A DNA stretch of 64,000 nt from NCBI RefSeq assembly GCF_006345805.1, contig NC_042998.1:83328001-83392000 (forward strand). Direction: 5' to 3'. Below the pieces are notes generated by a model. The model made no database searches. It was not told where the DNA came from and saw only the letters and a list, made by a program, of their open reading frames with translations. This document shows positions 60,701 through 64,000 of this stretch, piece by piece. Position 1 is the stretch's first letter, and each line of letters starts with the position of its first letter. Made by a program: the position numbers and the translations under genes. Source of the DNA: Octopus sinensis. Its lineage: Eukaryota.

Positions 60701-61338
60701 AAGAAACCCAATGTGTGCACATTTAGTCACAAAAGAGCTTTGACTAACAAAAACAAAACAATCAGATATTTAATAAATTAATGGAACTGAACCAGTGTGT
60801 GTGTTAATTATATTGGTATAATGACTCTCCCTAAACAACAAAATTTATTTCAACACAAATTCACATAAAGAATCTTGCAAACCAAATATCATTTGTTTAG
60901 AACCTATTTTTCCATCCTAACGTAGTTTCCATGGAGAGTTGAGGCAGGATTTTACAGCCAGTTGAGCTTCCTGTTGCCAATCCTTACCTATTTTTCAAGT
61001 CAGGGATTTGTTTATTCCATGCCCCTAGAATGTCATTTTATGCAACTTATTTGTAATATTCATATTTCCTTTCTTCCTTTTAGGTGAAGAGTGCTTGGGC
61101 TGGTTTCTATGATTACAATTACGCTGACCAAAATTTAATTATTGGAAATCACCCTTACCACAGGAATATGTTTTTCGCCAATGGTCTCAGTGGCCATGGC
61201 ATTCAACATGCCCCTGCCATTGGCCGTGCCATTATGGAATGCATTATTGATGGCAAGTTTGAAACTATAGATTTATCCAGATTTACATTTGAAAGACTGT
61301 TGGATGATGAACTTATATTTGAACAAGGAATTGTTTAA
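32803..61338 (+). CDS. FOXRED1: FAD-dependent oxidoreductase domain-containing protein 1 (mitochondrial complex I assembly factor), complete spliced gene, 476 aa
   Basis: Nine GT-AG exons join in frame to 1431 nt: 32803-33093, 40327-40456, 44914-45013, 48662-48756, 50706-50881, 53222-53364, 55314-55449, 56927-57031, 61084-61338. Arg/Lys-rich presequence-like start, Rossmann GGGLMGSS motif, and FOXRED1-like segments [51 protein letters not shown]. Confidence 0.95.
33850..34420 (+). repeat. Interspersed repeat with a (TAA)n tail, probable LINE 3' end
   Basis: Its 3' part recurs in reverse at about 51225-51520; both end in (TAA)n. Confidence 0.6.
35575..36860 (+). mobile_element. Decayed, 5'-truncated Penelope-like retroelement (RT C-terminus plus GIY-YIG endonuclease)
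   Basis: YRDD at 35585-35596, in frame with [21 protein letters not shown]; [23 protein letters not shown]; [25 protein letters not shown]; CSCR..CLVGGRC..VMYEAEV; KYVGST..F..HRFSF; [10 protein letters not shown]; multiple stops and frameshifts. Confidence 0.85.
37210..37596 (+). mobile_element. tRNA-derived SINE, best-preserved copy of the dominant family
   Basis: A/B-box head (gtggttgtgtggtaag...gggttcagtccc), internal (TA)/(TG) tract, A-rich tail; other copies at about 21151-21537, 22505-22910, 26190-26630 and 48820-49230 (all minus). Confidence 0.85.
37597..38217 (+). mobile_element. RTE 3'UTR-only fragment with (GAT)n tail
   Basis: Near-identical to the 3'UTR at 58400-60100; one of many such short RTE 3'-end copies (others near 10.3-11.5 kb, 12.9-13.2 kb, 25.3-25.8 kb, 27.6-27.9 kb, 49.9-50.3 kb, 63.3-63.7 kb). 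Confidence 0.82.
38220..39495 (-). mobile_element. Tc1-like transposon, frameshifted transposase pseudogene
   Basis: TA followed by TIR CAGGGGTTGGACAAAATAATGGAAAC at 38220; [51 protein letters not shown]; other TIR degraded. Confidence 0.9.
40327..40456 (+). CDS. FOXRED1: FOXRED1 exon 2 ([43 protein letters not shown])
   Basis: ttttag acceptor, GTGAGT donor, 130 nt. Confidence 0.93.
41010..43902 (+). mobile_element. RTE-clade LINE, internally deleted and frameshifted (APE endonuclease, RT, 3'UTR, (GAT)n tail)
   Basis: [72 protein letters not shown]; tail gatgatgatg ending about 43902. Confidence 0.92.
44914..45013 (+). CDS. FOXRED1: FOXRED1 exon 3 ([33 protein letters not shown])
   Basis: tcacag acceptor, GTAATT donor, 100 nt. 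Confidence 0.93.
45565..46410 (+). mobile_element. 5'-truncated RTE-clade LINE
   Basis: [32 protein letters not shown]; shared 3'UTR; (GAT)n tail. Confidence 0.88.
47869..48150 (+). mobile_element. Short insertion (pLTR/retrozyme-like) with a minimal hammerhead motif
   Basis: 21-bp direct repeat taattataccatatgttacat at 47848-47868 and 48151-48171; CTGATGA 48058-48064, GAGCCT/AGGTTC stem, GAAA 48081-48084. Confidence 0.65.
48662..48756 (+). CDS. FOXRED1: FOXRED1 exon 4 ([32 protein letters not shown])
   Basis: taacag acceptor, GTAACT donor, 95 nt. Confidence 0.93.
50309..50593. mobile_element. Young insertion beginning with a perfect 65-bp hairpin
   Basis: Arms 50314-50378 and 50383-50447, loop TTCT; identical 21-bp flanks at 50288-50308 and 50594-50614 (low complexity). 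Confidence 0.6.
50706..50881 (+). CDS. FOXRED1: FOXRED1 exon 5 ([20 protein letters not shown]...KLDCVQ)
   Basis: tttcag acceptor, GTAAAT donor, 176 nt. Confidence 0.93.
53222..53364 (+). CDS. FOXRED1: FOXRED1 exon 6 ([31 protein letters not shown]...LPVEP)
   Basis: ctccag acceptor, GTAATA donor, 143 nt. Confidence 0.93.
54038..54900 (-). mobile_element. Mariner (DD34D-type) transposase remnant
   Basis: [45 protein letters not shown]; TIR-like ctggatcatcccataaataatgc after a TA run. Confidence 0.82.
55314..55449 (+). CDS. FOXRED1: FOXRED1 exon 7 ([46 protein letters not shown])
   Basis: ttccag acceptor, GTGAGT donor, 136 nt. Confidence 0.94.
55539..55784. mobile_element. hAT-type MITE (same family)
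   Basis: CAG...GGTTGAGAACCACTG; degenerate TSD gtttaaat/gttgaaac. Confidence 0.68.
56538..56807. mobile_element. piggyBac-type MITE (different body)
   Basis: ctaa-CCCTTT...AAAAGGG-ttaa; left TSD degenerate. Confidence 0.55.
56927..57031 (+). CDS. FOXRED1: FOXRED1 exon 8 ([35 protein letters not shown])
   Basis: tttcag acceptor, GTATAT donor, 105 nt. Confidence 0.93.
58038..60102 (+). mobile_element. 5'-truncated RTE LINE with a tandemly amplified 3'UTR, inserted into the middle of a SINE
   Basis: [31 protein letters not shown]; four about 300-bp 3'UTR modules; SINE halves at about 57895-58037 and 60103-60295. Confidence 0.88.
60452..60846. mobile_element. MITE-like element with about 100-bp inverted termini, interrupted by a SINE fragment
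   Basis: tttagggagagtcattattccaatataattaacacacac mirrored by gtgtgtgttaattatattggtataatgactctccctaaa; TSD not clear. Confidence 0.6.
61084..61338 (+). CDS. FOXRED1: FOXRED1 terminal exon 9 ([12 protein letters not shown]...EQGIV*)
   Basis: ttttag acceptor, 255 nt ending in TAA; AATAAA at 61405-61410. Confidence 0.95.
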   Translation: MKSAWAGFYDYNYADQNLIIGNHPYHRNMFFANGLSGHGIQHAPAIGRAIMECIIDGKFETIDLSRFTFERLLDDELIFEQGIV

Positions 61339-62495
61339 CTAAGAAGAGTTACTCTTCCACGCACACATAACCATCAGAGAGAGAGAAAGAGAGACAAATA
61401 ATGAAATAAAGAAAATCGCTTGTTTTTATTTATTTATTTGTTTGTTTTCTGGATTTTTTCCTTTACCTTGTGGCTTGGAAGAAGTGGGTAATGCCCATAG
61501 CTTTTAGAGATCTCCCAAAGACAGGTAAAATTAATGTCATTAATGGTCCTCTTGACCCTTTGTAGCCTCAGGCTGACCAATGCCTTGCGAATGAAATTGG
61601 GAGATGGAAACTGTATGGAAGCTTATCATTTGTGCGTGTGCCTGTGCATATTTGTGTGAATATTTGGATTCTTTGCTTCACATCAAAATTATTGAGCTAA
61701 ATCTGAGATAGTAGTTGACATTCCCTGTCAACAAATCATCTGCCAGTTCTGCACTTTGAAAGACACATGGAATAAAAGGTTCCCTATTTGAGAAACAAGG
61801 GAACCCAGCTGTAAAACTTAGCGTCAATACTACGCATTCATTCAATTCATGCTTGCATCAAAAGCAGACATTAAAGGTATATGACAGGCTTCCTCACAAT
61901 TTCTATTAACTAAATTCATTCACAAGGCATTTAGTAGAAGACACCTGATAAAGTGGCAACAAGGTTGTGAAGCAAAGTTCAACCCATCTGAGCATCAATT
62001 GCTGATTCTTTCAGCCAGCCTGTCAGAGTTAGGTATTCCTACACTCACATCATCCATGATGTTGCTGTTCCTAATGTTTTGCATACAGCCGAACACACCC
62101 ATTCATATCTAAAAACTGGTGTTATTACAGATAAACCTGGTTTCTCTGTCACTAGTATGGGAATATGGGAATGTATAGATGGTTCAGTTACTTAGATTTT
62201 TCTGAACAACAAAGAAATTATGCTACCTTCTCCTTGGTCAGTAATTACAACCCATTTCACCTGTCCTGTAATATGGAGCACAACTAAATTACAAAGTTGC
62301 CGAATTTTTAATGAAAGGAAATACATGATGGAAAATACTGACTGTGAAAGAATTTATTAATATTTAACAATTACCAACCTAACCAAACAGCTCAGTGACC
62401 CACTTGTAGCCCTTTTTCAGTTTAGCTAAAGTACTTTCCCTTGCACAACCCTTCAGCAAAATGACAACATAGAAGTACATAAGCTAAAATAACCT

Positions 62496-62619
62496 TTATT
62501 TCTTCTTTCTCCGAAACATTTTATCTTTTCTAGATTTTGGGTCTGAATCACTTCGAGGGACATGTTTTTTCTTCTGTTTTGCCTTCAGTCTTTGTTGTAA
62601 ATCATTGGCTTTTTTGATC
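62496..62619 (-). CDS. Terminal coding exon of an unidentified Lys/Arg-rich protein (IKKANDLQQRLKAKQKKKHVPRSDSDPKSRKDKMFRRKKK*)
   Basis: tttcag acceptor; open frame to TAA; phase matches the upstream exon ending at 63946; AATAAA on the minus strand at 62353-62358. Confidence 0.7.
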
Positions 62620-63945
62620 CTGAAATATCAAAAGATTAAATCGAAATAAGAGATGTGATGACATCCATTCGTTTAACTTGTTGAATTGTCATTCAAACAC
62701 TGCTCTGCTCAACTTATCTCATTGAACATCCAGTGGTCTCATTAGTACGTTTGCATTTTGTTTCACAAGTTCATATTGTGCATCGAACAGGGGTTAATAA
62801 ATAAATTAAGCAGAACAGAAAAAAAAGAGCCACTTTCATATATTCACACCTACATACCCAGACACACTTATATAAAGAGAGAGATGCTTTGTTACTATGC
62901 AGTCTCAGTTTCTGCCTTAGGCAAATGTCTTCTGCTGTAGCCTCAGGCAGACAAATGTCTTATGAGTAGAATTAGTAGTCTGAAGCTGTACAGAAGCCTA
63001 GCAATCATCATTATCACCATCACTGTTTTAACATTTATTTTTCCAAGCCTTCATGGCTCAAATGAAAGCACATTGGCAAAGCAGAGTTTTATAAGGTCAG
63101 ACATCCCTCTTGTCTTCAATTGTTACCTGTTTCCAAGCAAAGTAATAATCTCCCAGTGTATCAAACAACAAATAGCCTGCACATGTTTATGAAAAGAACT
63201 GGAAATAAATAACACCAAATGAATGAGCCATTTGTTTACAAAGATCATACAAGATGTCAAGAAGCCCAGACATGTTTTCATGTATGCACACGTGTGTGTG
63301 TGTTTGTGCACATGCATATGTCATCATCATCATCGTTTAACGTCCGTTTTCCGTGCTAGCACGGGTTGGACGGTTCGACCGGGGTCTGGGAAGCCAGGGG
63401 CTGCACCAGGCTCCAGTCTGATCTGGCAGAGTTTCTACAGCTGGATGCCCTTCCTAATGCCAACCACTCCGCGAGTGTAGTGGGTGCTTTTTACGTGCCA
63501 GGTGCCAGGGGGGTCCTGCATTGGCCACGATCGGTTGGAGCTTTTAATGTGCCACCGGCACGGAAGCCAGCCAAGGCGGTGCTGGCAACGGCCACGTTCG
63601 GATGGTGCCTTTTATGTGCCACCGGCACAGAAACCAGTCGGGGTGGCGCTGGCATCGGCCACGTTCGGATGGTGCTTTTTATGTGCTACCGGCACATTCT
63701 ACATCCTTGCATGAAAAACATGAAACAAAAAACAGTGACTTTTCTTGATATTCCCTGCTTACAAATCATCCTGTAGCTCTGCACTTTCAAAGACAAAGAG
63801 AATAAAAATCTATTTACTCATTAAAACAAGTCACATTCAGCAACACAAAGGGTATCTAGTTATAAAACAAATACCTCATATTTATCTAACAAATATACAG
63901 GTAAAATAAATGAATGTGTGTGTGTGCACACATGTGTATACTAAC

Positions 63946-64000
63946 CGATTGCGAAGTTTTTCTTCAAAAATCTTCTTATTTTTCACTTTTCCATCGGTAT
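63946..64000 (-). CDS. Penultimate coding exon (partial) of the same gene (TDGKVKNKKIFEEKLRN-R)
   Basis: Open frame ending CG|GTTAGT; CG plus the G at 62619 gives an Arg codon in frame. Confidence 0.62.

Noticed and set aside
10809-63776. Many 60-140 aa ORFs containing [23 protein letters not shown] or VYQIHSQG
   Set aside because: These are incidental reading frames through SINE and RTE 3'UTR repeats, not genes.

Overview
AT-rich, microsatellite- and retroelement-dense eukaryotic DNA. The repeat content is most consistent with a coleoid cephalopod, probably Octopus (inference). Two intron-rich genes sit head-to-head with 704 bp between their ATGs. AAMP (WD40, minus strand) has 9 coding exons traced with consistent splice phases, and its 3' end runs off the left edge. 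FOXRED1 (FAD-dependent oxidoreductase, plus strand) is complete: 9 exons, 476 aa. The last two coding exons of an unidentified Lys-rich gene converge from the right edge. The introns hold RTE-clade LINE fragments, tRNA-derived SINEs, Tc1/mariner remnants, hAT- and piggyBac-type MITEs, Helentron-like elements, a decayed Penelope-like element (YRDD reverse transcriptase plus GIY-YIG) and a young 1.9-kb foldback element. The most interesting signal is a set of short insertions carrying minimal hammerhead ribozyme motifs with palindromic stem III, most flanked by long TSDs and built as inverted arms. One family (2 copies) also has a tRNA-like Pol III head, which suggests a SINE mobilised by Penelope-like elements. 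All hammerhead copies here are partly decayed, so activity is inferred from consensus only. No database searches or folding software were run.
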